The position numbers and the translations under genes are program-made. This document shows, piece by piece, positions 35,292-52,262 of a stretch of DNA of 64,000 nt (the stretch's first letter is position 1; each line of letters begins with the position of its first letter). This stretch comes from Eledone cirrhosa. Taxonomy: Eukaryota. The notes beneath the pieces were generated by a model. That model had not been told where the DNA came from. It searched no databases and saw only the letters and a list, made by a program, of their open reading frames with translations. The stretch is taken from positions 12,710,001 through 12,774,000 of the forward strand of contig OZ024762.1 in the NCBI GenBank assembly GCA_964016885.1, written 5' to 3'.

Positions 35292-36772
35292 TCATCATCA
35301 TCATCATCATCATTTTACATCCGCTTTTCCAAGGGTGGGACGGGTCTTATTCAGCACAGCATCTCTCCACTCGTCATGGTCCCTCGTCATTTCCACCGTG
35401 AATTTCAATGATCTGAGGTCTGTTCTCACCACCTCTGCCCATGTTTTTCGTGGTCTACCTCTACCACGTCTTCTTTCAACAGGCATTTCTTGGCACTTTT
35501 TCACCCATCGGTCATCCTCCATGCGCATCACATGTCCATACCACCTCAGTCTCCTGTCCCGTACACTACATTCTATCCCTCTCAGACACAGTTTCTCTCT
35601 CAATACATTTATGCTGGGTCGTTCACGCACATTTACACTGCACATCCAACGGAGCATGTTTGCCTCATTTCTCTCCAGCCGTCGCATATCCTTTGCAGTT
35701 GCCCATGTCTCACTACCATGCAGCATTGCGCTCCTCACACAGGCATCATACAACCGGCTTTTCGTACGCAGGGAGAAACCCTTCTTCGTCAGCAGAGGAA
35801 GCAGCTCCCTAAACTTCTTTGAACCCGTCCTTATTCTAGATACTATGGCCTCGGAACACCCTCCTCCCATGCTAATCTGATCTCCTAGGTACCGGAAGCT
35901 ATCCATCTCTTCTATAGCGCCCTCCTGCATTTGAAAAATGTGTCTATCAATGCGACTTCTACTGTCTAATTTCCCTGTACATCTACTGCATACATATTTC
36001 TCCCTACCTGTTAGTTTGCCTGCTATCTCGCTACATCTCTTGTGTACCCAGGATCTGCATTGTGTGCATTTTATAGAATTTATGCCAGTTCCTTTTCTGC
36101 ATATCGAACATGGCCATTTCCCTGACGGAATCAGAGTTTTGTCCTCTTTTCTACTCATCAACACTTTTGTCTTAGCTAGGTTCACTCTCAGTCCTCTTGC
36201 TTTCAACTGCTGTTTCCATAGCCAGAATTTATTCTCTAGCTCCTCTACTGATTCTGCTATAAGAACCAGATCGTCAGCATAGAGAAGTTCCCATGGACAG
36301 CCAGTCTTAAACTCCTCTGTTATGGCTTGGAGGACTATAATGAACAAGAGCGGGCTAAGGACCAAACCTTGATGTACTCCTACTTGTATCTGGAATTCCT
36401 CACTAAACTGGATTCCTATCGACTTTACTGAGAGTACCTCAGTACAAAGTTTGCACTGTCCTCACAAGCCATTCCTCAAAACCTAGCTTCCTTAGGGACC
36501 ACCAGATGACAGATCGGGGTACCCTATCAAAGGCCTTCTCTAGGTCAACAAAGGCTAAGTATAGTGGCTTATTTTTCTCTAAGAAACTCTCTTGTAATTG
36601 TCTCACCAAGAAGAGGGCATCTGTTGTACTCTTCCCAGGCACAAAACCAAACTGCATCTCATCTAGTTTGACCCTTTCTCTAATTAGTTGTGCTAATATC
36701 CTTTCTGCCACTTTCATAACCTGATCCATCAGTTTTATACCCCTATAATTGCTCCTCTCCAGAGCATCCCCT
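35292..36772 (-). mobile_element. Second RTE-clade LINE subfamily, 5'-truncated and frameshifted, inserted in the 48-bp array
   Basis: ORF pieces 36439-36772 (NYRGIKL..FVDLEKAFDRV) and 35310-36365 (LYADDL, PHD-like finger, YLGD, RRLRWYGHV); tail cccacccttggaaaagcggatgtaaaa(tga)n. Confidence 0.93.
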
Positions 36773-37261
36773 TTATATATATACAATATACTAGTAGTCC
36801 CTTAATAGCTATATACCCTGTTATATATATACAAAATACTAGTAGTTCTTTAATGGCTATACACCCTGTTATATATATACAAAATACTAGTAGTTCTTTA
36901 ATGGCTATACACCCTGTTATATATATACAATATACTAGTAGTCCCTTAATAGCTATATACCCTGTTATATATATACAATATACTAGTAGTCCCTTAATAG
37001 CTACATACCCTGTTATATATGTACAAAATACTAGCAGTTCTTCAATAGCTATATACCCTGTTATAGATATATACAATATACTAGTAGTCCCTTAATAGCT
37101 ATATACCCTGTTATATATATACAATATACTAGTAGTCCCTTAATAGCTACATACCCTGTTATATATGTACAAAATACTAGCAGTTCTTCAATAGCTATAT
37201 ACCCTGTTATATATATACAATATACTAGTAGTCCCTTAATAGCTATATAACCTGTTATATA

Positions 37262-38388
37262 TAGAAATGGAATGACAGCGAGATAACAATGGGAATATGT
37301 TGTTATTTCACTCTTTACTTTTCCTTTTTTTTTAAAAGAAAGAAAATGTTAGCTATAAGTACGACTATTTGACTCAGTAGAATTCCGGCTTGTGCGTGGC
37401 GGTGCAGGTAGCGTTCCTGGCTTGGCTGTCGTACTTATGTATGGCTAACTACTCTATCGTGACTGAAGTTCGAATCGTTGTGGAGTCGGCTGGGTTCATT
37501 TGCAGGCTGGCGTGTCCCGCGCATGAGTTTTTGCTAAAAAACAATTTTGCTAGAGTTATCTCCCGTGAACTGGAATTATTTGCCCTTTGTGGAACTCTTC
37601 TTTCTTTGTTGTCTTTCTATTGAATGTATCGAATAGGTAACATCATTCTATCTACACCGGGACTTTGACGAAATTATTCTGGATTTTACATTCGCGGAGA
37701 GAGTTACGGAAAGTATTATTTGCCATAAATTAATTCTAAACACATCACATATTGAGATACAAAATATATACACAAAGCTACATTTGTAAATATATATAAA
37801 CACTTTTAACTCTATGTATTCTTCCTTCTCAGCATAAAAATCCCCTAGACACCCACCTATCTAAAGCCGTAAATTCAAATTAAGACGCATTATTATCTTT
37901 CATGTACAGGAAGAATTTATATATCTCTCTCATATCCATAAGAAGGTATTAATATATATATTCTACACAATACAGTTTCTTATACACCTCTACATTCAAC
38001 ACTATATATACAGTTAGCGTGGAAGATAGACGTTAAATACACATGAAGCTACATTCATATATAAATATTTTACAATCTTCTCTATATTGGAAGAATTTTA
38101 GGGACGTACATGCATATAAAGCTATACTTATGTATAAACTATATACAATTTTTGTTCTAAGACACAACTAAACCTCGCTAGACACTATATTTATATATAG
38201 ATGTACATAGCTACCTTTTCTAAAAATAATAACGAAGCCTTCTCAACACTATATACAATCTTGTTTTTACTGGCAGAATAAAGATACGTGAACACAAAGT
38301 TACATGTATAAAAGTTATTCTGTCTACTAGACACTTCTAAAAAAACTAAACCATGGTAGCTTCATTCTTCTCCAACCTCTGTCGTGTA
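37262..38388 (+). repeat. Module M copy 2 (full, ~1.13 kb)
   Basis: Reverse complement of 45516-46622 and 51141-52262. Confidence 0.92.
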
Positions 38389-39119
38389 TATATATACAAT
38401 ATACTAGTAGTTCCTTAATAGCTATATACCCTGTTATTTATATACAATATACTAGTAGTTCCTTAATGGCTATATACCCTGTTATATATATACAATATAC
38501 TAGTAGTTCCTTAATAGCTATATACCCTGTTATATACACAAAGTTATTCTGTCTACTAGACACTTCTAAAACTAAACCATGGTAGCTTCATTCTTCTCCA
38601 ACCTCTGTCGTGTATATACAATATACTAGTAGTCCCTTAATAGCTAAAAATATTTTACAATCTTCTCTATATTGGAAGAATTTTAGGGACGCACATGCAT
38701 ATAAAGCTATATTTATGTATAAACTATATACAAGTTTTGTTCTAAGACACAACTAAACCTCGCTAGACACTATATTTATATATAGATGTACATATCTACC
38801 TTTCTAACTATTAGTTTACTGAAGCTATCAACACTCCTCACCAGACGTCTTCTTTATTATAGACACCTCCTCCTCCAAGGAAAGAAACTAAATCTTTTCT
38901 ATTCTACTGTAGGAAGGCAAATACCTCCTAGCTAGATACTACACTGCATATATACCTCGCTCAAGAAAGGCTTTCTTGAATCCTCTATTTAATAAAAGTA
39001 CTTATAACAATAATAAAGCAATAAAGAAACAATTGTAATAATTTCATAAAGTTTAATATTCCTTTTACAGATGCCCACCAAGTCGTAAGCGTAGTGTCGA
39101 AATAAGGCACTACGAAGGT

Positions 39120-40334
<1,215 letters not shown>

Positions 40335-40719
40335 GGTCAAAATAAAAACACAGAACACAAGGGGAGTAATAAACCAGAGGGGAAGTAATTAATTTTTTTA
40401 TTATTTAGAGGGAAATAAATATGGTAGCGCTGGCTGGCTTAGCTAGAACGTCTGTGGTCACCGCGTAGGTCGCAATTCTGGTGGGTAGGTTGCTCGTGGG
40501 TGCTGGAACAAAAAGAAAAGGGGGGTTACATATGTTTATTGAAAATCAATTCGTTTCGTTTTTAGGTATTTTTTATGAACAATGACGTGGTTTGTTTTTT
40601 AATATATATATGTGTATATATATACGCATGTAACTTTCTAAATTCCTTTCATCTATAAACGTATATACAAATTGATGTTCTATTCTATAGAACATCAATT
40701 TGTATATAAAACAAGTCCG

Positions 40720-41578
40720 CTATATATAAATATAGTGTCTAGTGAGGTTTGGTTGTGTCTTAGAACAAAAATTGTATATAGTTTCTACATAAGTATAGCT
40801 TTATATGCATGTACGTCCCTAAAATTCTTCCAATATAGAGAAGATTGTAAAATATTTATATATGAATGTAGCTTCTGTGTATATAGTGTTGAATGTAGAG
40901 GTGTATAAGAAACTATATTGTGTAGAATATATATTAATACCTTCTTATGGATATGAGAGAGATATATAAATTCTTCCTGTACATGAAAGATAATAATACG
41001 TCTTAATTTGAATTTATGCTGAGAAGGAAGAATACATAGAGTTAAAAGTGTTTAGATATATTTACAAATGTAGCTTTGTGTATATATTTTGTATCGCAAT
41101 ATGTGATGTGTTTAGAATTAATTTATGGCAAATAATACTTTCCGTAACTCTCTCCGCGAATGTAAAATCCAGAATAATTTCGTCAAAGTCCCGGTGTAGA
41201 TAGAATGATGTTACCTATTCGATACATTCAATAGAAAGACAACAAAGAAAGAAGAGTTCCACAAAGGGCAAATAATTCCAGTTCACGGGAGATAACTCTA
41301 GCCAAATTATTTTTTAGCAAAAATTCATGCGCGGGACACGCCAGCCTGCAAATAAACCCAGCCGACTCCACAACGATTCGAACTTCAGTCGCGATAGAGT
41401 AGTTAGCCATACATAAGTACGACAGCCAAGCCAGGAACGCTACCTGCACCGCCACGCACAAGCCAGAATTCTACTGAGTCAAATAGTCGTACTTATAGCT
41501 AACATTTTCTTTCTTTAAAAGAAAAGAGTGAAATAACAACATATTCCCATTGTTATCTGGCTGTCATTCCATTTCTAT
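40720..41578 (-). repeat. Module M copy 3 (truncated, with small deletions)
   Basis: Reverse complement of ~37262-38200. Confidence 0.9.
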
Positions 41579-41665
41579 ATCTAACAGGGTATATGGCCAT
41601 TAAGGGACTACTAGTATATTGTATATATATAACAGGGTATATAGCTATTAAGGAACTACTAGTAT

Positions 41666-41732
<67 letters not shown>

Positions 41733-44700
41733 GGTATATAGCCATTAAGGAACTACTAATAGATTGTATATATATAACAGGGTATATAGCCATTAAGGAA
41801 CTACTAATAGATTGTATATATATATATATAACAGGGTATATAGCTATTAAGGGACTAATAATATATTGTATATATATATATATAACAGGGTATATAGCTA
41901 TTAAGGGACTACTAGTATATTGTATACATATAACAGGGTATATAGCCATTAAGGAACTACTAGTATATTGTATATATATATATATATAACAGGGTATATA
42001 GCTATTAAGGGACTACTAATATATTGTATATATATAACAGGGTATATAGCCATTAAGGAACTACTAATAGATTGTATACATATAACAGGGTATATAGCTA
42101 TTAAGGAACTACTAGTATATTGTATATATATATATATATATATAACAGGGTATATAGCTATTAAGGGACTACTAGTATATTGTATACATATAACAGGGTA
42201 TATAGCCATTAAGGAACTACTAGTATATTGTATATATATATAACAGGGTATATAGCCATTAAGGAACTACTAGTATATTGTATTTATATAACAGGGTATA
42301 TAGCCATTAAGGAACTACTAATAGATTGTATATATATAACAGGGTATATAGCCATTAAGGAACTACTAATAGATTGTATATATATAACAGGGTATATAGC
42401 TATTAAGGGACTACTAATATATTGTATATATATATATATAACAGGGTATATAGCTATTAAGGGACTACTAGTATATTGTATACATATAACAGGGTATATA
42501 GCCATTAAGGAACTACTAGTATATTGTATATATATATATAACAGGGTATATAGCTATTAAGGGACTACTAATATATTGTATATATATAACAGGGTATATA
42601 GCCATTAAGGAACTACTAATAGATTGTATACATATAACAGGGTATATAGCTATTAAGGAACTACTAGTATATTGTATACATATAACAGGGTATATAGCCA
42701 TTAAGGAACTACTAGTATATTGTATATATATATAACAGGGTATATAGCCATTAAGGAACTACTAGTATATTGTATATATATAACAGGGTATATAGCCATT
42801 AAGGAACTACTAGTATATTGTATATATATATAACAGGGTATATAGCCATTAAGGAACTACTAGTATATTGTATATATATATAACAGGGTATATAGCCATT
42901 AAGGAACTACTAGTATATTGTATATATATATAACAGGGTATATAGCTATTAAGGGACTACTAGTATATTGTATATATATAACAGGGTATATAGCTATTAA
43001 GGAACTACTAGTATATTGTATATATATAACAGGGTATATAGCCATTAAGGAACTACTAGTATATTGTATATATATAACAGGGTATATAGCTATTAAGGGA
43101 CTACTAGTATATTGTATATATATAACAGGGTATATAGCCATTAAGGAACTACTAGTATATTGTATATATATAACAGGGTATATAGCCATTAAGGAAGTAC
43201 TAGTATATTGTATATATATAACAGGGTATATAGCCATTAAGGGACTACTAGTATATTGTATATATATAATAGGGTATATAGCCATTAAGGAACTACTAGT
43301 ATATTGTATATATATAACAGGGTATATAGCCATAAAGGAACTACTAATAGACTGTATATATATAACAGGGTATATAGCTATTAAGGAACTACTAGTATAT
43401 TGTATATATATATATATAACAGGGTATATAGCTATTAAGGGACTACTAATATATTGTATATATATATATATAACAGGGTATATAGCTATTAAGGGACTAC
43501 TAATATATTGTATATATATAACATGGTATATAGCCATTAAGGAACTACTAATAGATTGTATACATATAACAGGGTATATAGCTATTAAGGAACTACTAGT
43601 ATATTGTATATATATATATATATAACAGGGTATATAGCTATTAAGGGACTACTAGTATATTGTATACATATAACAGGGTATATAGCCATTAAGGAACTAC
43701 TAGTATATTGTATATATATATAACAGGGTATATAGCCATTAAGGAACTACTAGTATATTGTATATATATAACAGGGTATATAGCCATTAAGGAACTACTA
43801 GTATATTGTATATATATATAACAGGGTATATAGCCATTAAGGAACTACTAGTATATTGTATATATATATATATAACAGGGTATATAGCTATTAAGGGACT
43901 ACTAGTATATTGTATATATATAACAGGGTATATAGCTATTAAGGAACTTATATAGCTATTAAGGAACTACTAGTATATTGTATATATATAACAGGGTATA
44001 TAGCCATTAAGGAACTACTAGTATATTGTATATAGCTATTAAGGGACTACTAGTATATTGTATATATATATAACAGGGTATATAGCCATTAAGGAACTAC
44101 TAGTATATTGTATATATATAACAGGGTATATAGCCATTAAGGAACTACTAGTATATTGTATATATATAACAGGGTATATAGCTATTAAGGGACTACTAGT
44201 ATATTGTATATATATAACAGGGTATATAGCCATTAAGGAACTACTAGTATATTGTATATATATAACAGGGTATATAGCCATTAAGGAAGTACTAGTATAT
44301 TGTATATATATAACAGGGTATATAGCCATTAAGGGACTACTAGTATATTGTATATATATAATAGGGTATATAGCCATTAAGGAACTACTAGTATATTGTA
44401 TATATAGCCATAAAGGAACTACTAATAGATTGTATATATATATATATAACAGGGTATATAGCTATTAAGGGACTACTAATATATTGTATATATATAACAG
44501 GGTATATAGCCATTAAGGAACTACTAATAGATTGTATACATATAACAGGGTATATAGCTATTAAGGAACTACTAGTATATTGTATATATATATATATATA
44601 ACAGGGTATATAGCTATTAAGGGACTACTAGTATATTGTATACATATAACAGGGTATATAGCCATTAAGGAACTACTAGTATATTGTATATATATAACAG

Positions 44701-45515
44701 GGTATATAGCTATTAAGGAACTACTAGTATATTGTATATATATAACAGGGTATATAGCCATTAAGGAACTACTAGTATATTGTATATATATAACAGGGTA
44801 TATAGCCATTAAGGAACTACTAGTATATTGTATATATATAACAGGGTATATAGCTATTAAGGAACTACTAGTATATTGTATATATATATAACAGGGTATA
44901 TAGCTATTAAGGAACTACTAGTATATTGTATATATATAACAGGGTATATAGCCATTAAGGAACTACTAGTATATTGTATATATATAACAGGGTATATAGC
45001 CATTAAGGGACTACTAATATATTGTATATATATAACAGGGTATATAGCTATTAAGGAACTACTAATATATTGTATATATATATAACAGGGTATATAGCCA
45101 TTAAGGGACTACTAATATATTGTATATATATAACAGGGTATATAGCCATTAAGGAACTACTAGTATATTGTATATATATAACAGGGTATATAGCCATTAA
45201 GGAACTACTAGTATATTGTATATATATAACAGGGTATATAGCTATTAAGGAACTACTAGTATATTGTATATATATAACAGGGTATATAGCTATTAAGGAA
45301 CTACTAGTATATTGTATATATATAACAGGGTATATAGCCATTAAGGAACTACTAGTATATTGTATATATAACATGGTATATAGCCATTAAGGAACTACTA
45401 GTATATTGTATATATATATAACAGGGTATATAGCTATTAAGGAACTACTAGTATATTGTATATAAATAACAGGGTATATAGCTATTAAGGAACTACTAGT
45501 ATATTGTATATATAT

Positions 45516-46622
45516 ACACGACAGAGGTTGGAGAAGAATGAAGCTACCATGGTTTAGTTTTAGAAGTGTCTAGTAGACAGAATAACTTTTATACATGTAA
45601 CTTTGTGTTCACGTATCTTTATTCTGCCAGTAAAAACAAGATTGTATATAGTGTTGAGAAGGCTTCGTTATTATTTTTAGAAAAGGTAGCTATGTACATC
45701 TATATATAAATATAGTGTCTAGCGAGGTTTAGTTGTGTCTTAGAACAAAAATTGTATATAGTTTATACATAAGTATAGCTTTATATGCATGTACGTCCCT
45801 AAAATTCTTCCAATATAGAGAAGATTGTAAAATATTTATATATGAATGTAGCTTCATATGTATTTAACGTCTATCTTCCACGCTAACTGTATATAGTGTT
45901 GAATGTAGAGGTGTATAAGAAACTGTATTGTGTAGAATATATATTAATACCTTCTTATGGATATGAGAGAGATATATAAATTCTTCCTGTACATGAAAGA
46001 TAATAATGCGTCTTAATTTGAATTTATGGCTTTAGATAGGTGGGTGTCTAGGGGATTTTTAATCTGAGAATGAAGAATACATAGAGTTAAAAGTGTTTAG
46101 ATATATTTACAAATGTAGCTTTGTGTATATATTTTGTATCTCAATATGTGATGTGTTTAGAATTAATTTATGGCAAATAATACTTTCCGTAACTCTCTCC
46201 GCGAATGTAAAATCCAGAATAATTTCGTCAAAGTCCCGGTGTAGATAGAATGATGTTACCTATTCGATACATTCAATAGAAAGACAACAAAGAAAGAAGA
46301 GTTCCACAAAGGGCAAATAATTCCAGTTCACGGGAGATAACTCTAGCCAAATTATTTTTTAGCAAAAATTCATGCGCGTGACACGCCAGCCTGCAAATGA
46401 ACCCAGCCGACTCCACAACGATTCGAACTTCAGTCGCGATAGAGTAGTTAGCCATACATAAGTACGACAGCCAAGCCAGGAACGCTACCTGCACCGCCAC
46501 GCACAAGCCGGAATTCTACTGAGTCAAATAGTCATACTTATAGCTAACATTTTCTTTCTTTAAAAGAAAAGAGTGAAATAACAACATATTCCCATTGTTA
46601 TCTCGCTGTCATTCCATTTCTA
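45516..46622 (-). repeat. Module M copy 4
   Basis: cacgacagaggttggag...gctgtcattccatttc. Confidence 0.92.
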
Positions 46623-48984
46623 TATATAACAGGGTATATAGCCATTAAGGAACTACTAATAGATTGTATATATATATAACAGGGTATATAGCCATTAAGG
46701 AACTACTAGTATATTGTATATATATAACAGGGTATATAGCCATTAAGGAACTACTAATAGATTGTATATATATAACAGGGTATATAGCTATTAAGGAACT
46801 ACTAGTATATTGTATATATATATATAACAGGGTATAGAGCTATTAAGGGACTACTAATATATTGTATATATATATATATATAACAGGGTATATAGCTATT
46901 AAGGGACTACTAGTATATTGTATATATATATAACAGGGTATATAGCCATTAAGGAACTACTAGTATATTGTATATATATAACAGGGTATATAGCCATTAA
47001 GGAACTACTAGTATATTGTATATATATATAACAGGGTATATAGCCATTAAGGAACTACTAGTATATTGTATATATATAACAGGGTATATAGCCATTAAGG
47101 AACTACTAGTATATTGTATATATATATATAACAGGGTATATAGCTATTAAGGGACTACTAGTATATTGTATATATATATAACAGGGTATATAGCTATTAA
47201 GGGACTACTAGTATATTGTATATATATAACAGGGTATATAGCTATTAAGGAACTACTAGTATATTGTATATATATAACAGGGTATATAGCCATTAAGGAA
47301 CTACTAGTATATTGTATATATATAACAGGGTATATAGCTATTAAGGAACTACTAGTATATTGTATATATATATAACAGGGTATATAGCCATTAAGGAACT
47401 ACTAGTATATTGTATATATATAACAGGGTATATAGCCATTAAGGAACTACTAGTATATTGTATATATATAACAGGGTATATAGCCATTACGGAACTACTA
47501 GTATATTGTATATATATAACAGGGTATATAGCCATTAAGGAACTACTAGTATATTGTATATATATATAACAGGGTATATAGCTATTAAGGGACTACTAGT
47601 ATATTGTATATATATATAACAGGGTATATAGCCATTAAGGAACTACTAGTATATTGTATATATATATATAACAGGGTATATAGCCATTAAGGGACTACTA
47701 ATATATTGTATATATATAACAGGGTATATAGCTATTAAGGAACTACTAATATATTGTATATATATATAACAGGGTATATAGCCATTAAGGGACTACTAAT
47801 ATATTGTATATATATAACAGGGTATATAGCCATTAAGGAACTACTAGTATATTGTATATATATAACAGGGTATATAGCCATTAAGGAACTACTAGTATAT
47901 TGTGTATATATATATATATAACAGGGTATGTAGCTATTAAGGGACTACTAGTATATTGTATATATATAACAGGGTATATAGCCATTAAGGAACTACTAGT
48001 ATATTGTATATATATATAACAGGGTATATAGCCATTAAGGAACTACTAGTATATTGTATATATATATATATAACAGGGTATATAGCTATTAAGGGACTCC
48101 TAGTATATTGTATATATATAACAGGGTATATAGCCATTAAGGAACTACTAGTATATTGTATATATATAACAGGGTATATAGCTATTAAGGAACTACTAGT
48201 ATATTGTATATATATAACAGGGTATATAGCTATTAAGGAACTACTAGTATATTGTATATATATAACAGGGTATATAGCCATTAAGGAACTACTAGTATAT
48301 TGTATATATAACATGGTATATAGCCATTAAGGAACTACTAGTATATTGTATATATATATAACAGGGTATATAGCTATTAAGGAACTACTAGTATATTGTA
48401 TATAAATAACAGGGTATATAGCTATTAAGGGACTACTAGTATATTGTATATATATATAACAGGGTATATAGCTATTAAGGGACTACTAGTATATTGTATA
48501 TATATAACAGGATATATAGCTATTAAGGGACTACTAGTATATTGTATATATATAACAGGATATATAGCTATTAAGGAACTACTAGTATATTGTATATAAA
48601 TAACAGGGTATATAGCCATTAAGGGACTACTAGTATATTGTATATATATATAACAGGGTATATAGCTATTAAGGGACTACTAGTATATTGTATATATATA
48701 TAACAGGGTATATAGCCATTAAGGAACTACTAGTATATTGTATATATATATATAACAGGGTATATAGCCATTAAGGGACTACTAATATATTGTATATATA
48801 TAACAGGGTATATAGCTATTAAGGAACTACTAATATATTGTATATATATATAACAGGGTATATAGCCATTAAGGGACTACTAATATATTGTATATATATA
48901 ACAGGGTATATAGCCATTAAGGAACTACTAGTATATTGTATATATATATAACAGGGTATATAGCCATTAAGGAACTACTAGTAT

Positions 48985-49019
<35 letters not shown>

Positions 49020-51140
49020 CAGGGTATATAGCTATTAAGGGACTCCTAGTATATTGTATATATATAACAGGGTATATAGCCATTAAGGAACTACTAGTAT
49101 ATTGTATATATATATAACAGGGTATATAGCCATTAAGGAACTACTAGTATATTGTATATATATAACAGGGTATATAGCCATTAAGGAACTACTAGTATAT
49201 TGTATATATATAACAGGGTATATAGCCATTACGGAACTACTAGTATATTGTATATATATAACAGGGTATATAGCCATTAAGGAACTACTAGTATATTGTA
49301 TATATATATAACAGGGTATATAGCTATTAAGGGACTACTAGTATATTGTATATATATATAACAGGGTATATAGCCATTAAGGAACTACTAGTATATTGTA
49401 TATATATATATAACAGGGTATATAGCCATTAAGGGACTACTAATATATTGTATATATATAACAGGGTATATAGCTATTAAGGAACTACTAATATATTGTA
49501 TATATATATAACAGGGTATATAGCCATTAAGGGACTACTAATATATTGTATATATATAACAGGGTATATAGCCATTAAGGAACTACTAGTATATTGTATA
49601 TATATAACAGGGTATATAGCCATTAAGGAACTACTAGTATATTGTATATATATATATATATAACAGGGTATGTAGCTATTAAGGGACTACTAGTATATTG
49701 TATATATATAACAGGGTATATAGCCATTAAGGAACTACTAGTATATTGTATATATATATAACAGGGTATATAGCCATTAAGGAACTACTAGTATATTGTA
49801 TATATATATATATATATATAACAGGGTATATAGCTATTAAGGGACTCCTAGTATATTGTATATATATAACAGGGTATATAGCCATTAAGGAACTACTAGT
49901 ATATTGTATATATATAACAGGGTATATAGCTATTAAGGAACTACTAGTATATTGTATATATATAACAGGGTATATAGCTATTAAGGAACTACTAGTATAT
50001 TGTATATATATAACAGGGTATATAGCCATTAAGGAACTACTAGTATATTGTATATATAACATGGTATATAGCCATTAAGGAACTACTAGTATATTGTATA
50101 TATATATAACAGGGTATATAGCTATTAAGGAACTACTAGTATATTGTATATAAATAACAGGGTATATAGCTATTAAGGGACTACTAGTATATTGTATATA
50201 TATATAACAGGGTATATAGCTATTAAGGGACTACTAGTATATTGTATATATATAACAGGATATATAGCTATTAAGGGACTACTAGTATATTGTATATATA
50301 TAACAGGATATATAGCTATTAAGGAACTACTAGTATATTGTATATAAATAACAGGGTATATAGCCATTAAGGGACTACTAGTATATTGTATATATATATA
50401 ACAGGGTATATAGCTATTAAGGGACTACTAGTATATTGTATATATATATAACAGGGTATATAGCCATTAAGGAACTACTAGTATATTGTATATATATATA
50501 TAACAGGGTATATAGCCATTAAGGGACTACTAATATATTGTATATATATAACAGGGTATATAGCTATTAAGGAACTACTAATATATTGTATATATATATA
50601 ACAGGGTATATAGCCATTAAGGGACTACTAATATATTGTATATATATAACAGGGTATATAGCCATTAAGGAACTACTAGTATATTGTATATATATATAAC
50701 AGGGTATATAGCCATTAAGGAACTACTAGTATATTGTATATATATATATATATATATAACAGGGTATATAGCTATTAAGGGACTCCTAGTATATTGTATA
50801 TATATAACAGGGTATATAGCCATTAAGGAACTACTAGTATATTGTATATATATAACAGGGTATATAGCTATTAAGGAACTACTAGTATATTGTATATATA
50901 TAACAGGGTATATAGCTATTAAGGAACTACTAGTATATTGTATATATATAACAGGGTATATAGCCATTAAGGAACTACTAGTATATTGTATATATAACAT
51001 GGTATATAGCCATTAAGGAACTACTAGTATATTGTATATATATATAACAGGGTATATAGCTATTAAGGAACTACTAGTATATTGTATATAAATAACAGGG
51101 TATATAGCTATTAAGGAACTACTAGTATATTGTATATATA

Positions 51141-52262
51141 TACACGACAGAGGTTGGAGAAGAATGAAGCTACCATGGTTTAGTTTTAGAAGTGTCTAGT
51201 AGACAGAATAACTTTTATACATGTAACTTTGTGTTCACGTATCTTTATTCTGCCAGTAAAAACAAGATTGTATATAGTGTTGAGAAGGCTTCGTTATTAT
51301 TTTTAGAAAAGGTAGCTATGTACATCTATATATAAATATAGTGTCTAGCGAGGTTTAGTTGTGTCTTAGAACAAAATTTGTATATAGTTTCTACATAAGT
51401 ATAGCTTTATATGCATGTACGTCCCTAAAATTCTTCCAATATAGAGAAGATTGTAAAATATTTATATATGAATGTAGCTTCATGTGTATTTAACGTCTAT
51501 CTTCCACGCTAACTGTATATAGTGTTGAATGTAGAGGTGTATAAGAAACTGTATTGTGTAGAATATATATATTAATACCTTCTTATGGATATGAGAGAGA
51601 TATATAAATTCTTCCTGTACATGAAAGATAATAATACGTCTTAATTTGAATTTACGGCTTTAGATAGGTGGGTGTCTAGGGGATTTTTATGCTGAGAAGG
51701 AAGAATACATAGAGTTAAAAGTGTTTAGATATATTTACAAATGTAGCTTCGTGTATATATTTTGTATCTCAATATGTGATGTGTTTAGAATTAATTTATG
51801 GCAAATAATACTTTCCGTAACTCTCTCCGCGAATGTAAAATCCAGAATAATTTCGTCAAAGTCCCGGTGTAGATAGAATGATGTTACCTGTTCGATACAT
51901 TCAATAGAAAGACAACAAAGAAAGAAGAGTTCCACAAAGGGCAAATAATTCCAGTTCACGGGAGATAACTCTAGCCAATTTTTTTTTTAGCAAAACTCAT
52001 GCGCGGGACACGCCAGCCTGCAAATGAACCCAGCCGACTCCACAACGATTCGAACTTCAGTCGCGATAGAGTAGTTAGCCATACATAAGTACGACAGCCA
52101 AGCCAGGAACGCTACCTGCACCGCCACGCACAAGCCGGAATTCTACTGAGTCAACTAGTCGTACTTATAGCTAACATTTTCTTTCTTTTAAAAAGAAAGG
52201 AAAAGTAAAGAGTGAAATAACAACATATTTCGATTGTTATCTCGCTGTCATTCCATTTCTAT
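51141..52262 (-). repeat. Module M copy 5
   Basis: Nearly identical to copy 4. Confidence 0.92.

Larger units (their letters stand above)
32865..38645 (+). repeat. 48-bp minisatellite blocks of the left arm (32865-34025, 35106-35291, 36773-37260, 38389-38645)
   Basis: Unit atactagtagt(c/t)ccttaat(a/g)gctatataccctgt(TA)n caat. Confidence 0.95.

Noticed and set aside
37390-37623. 77-aa hydrophobic ORF repeated in module M
   Set aside because: TTG start, no recognisable domain, and frameshifted in copies 1 and 5.
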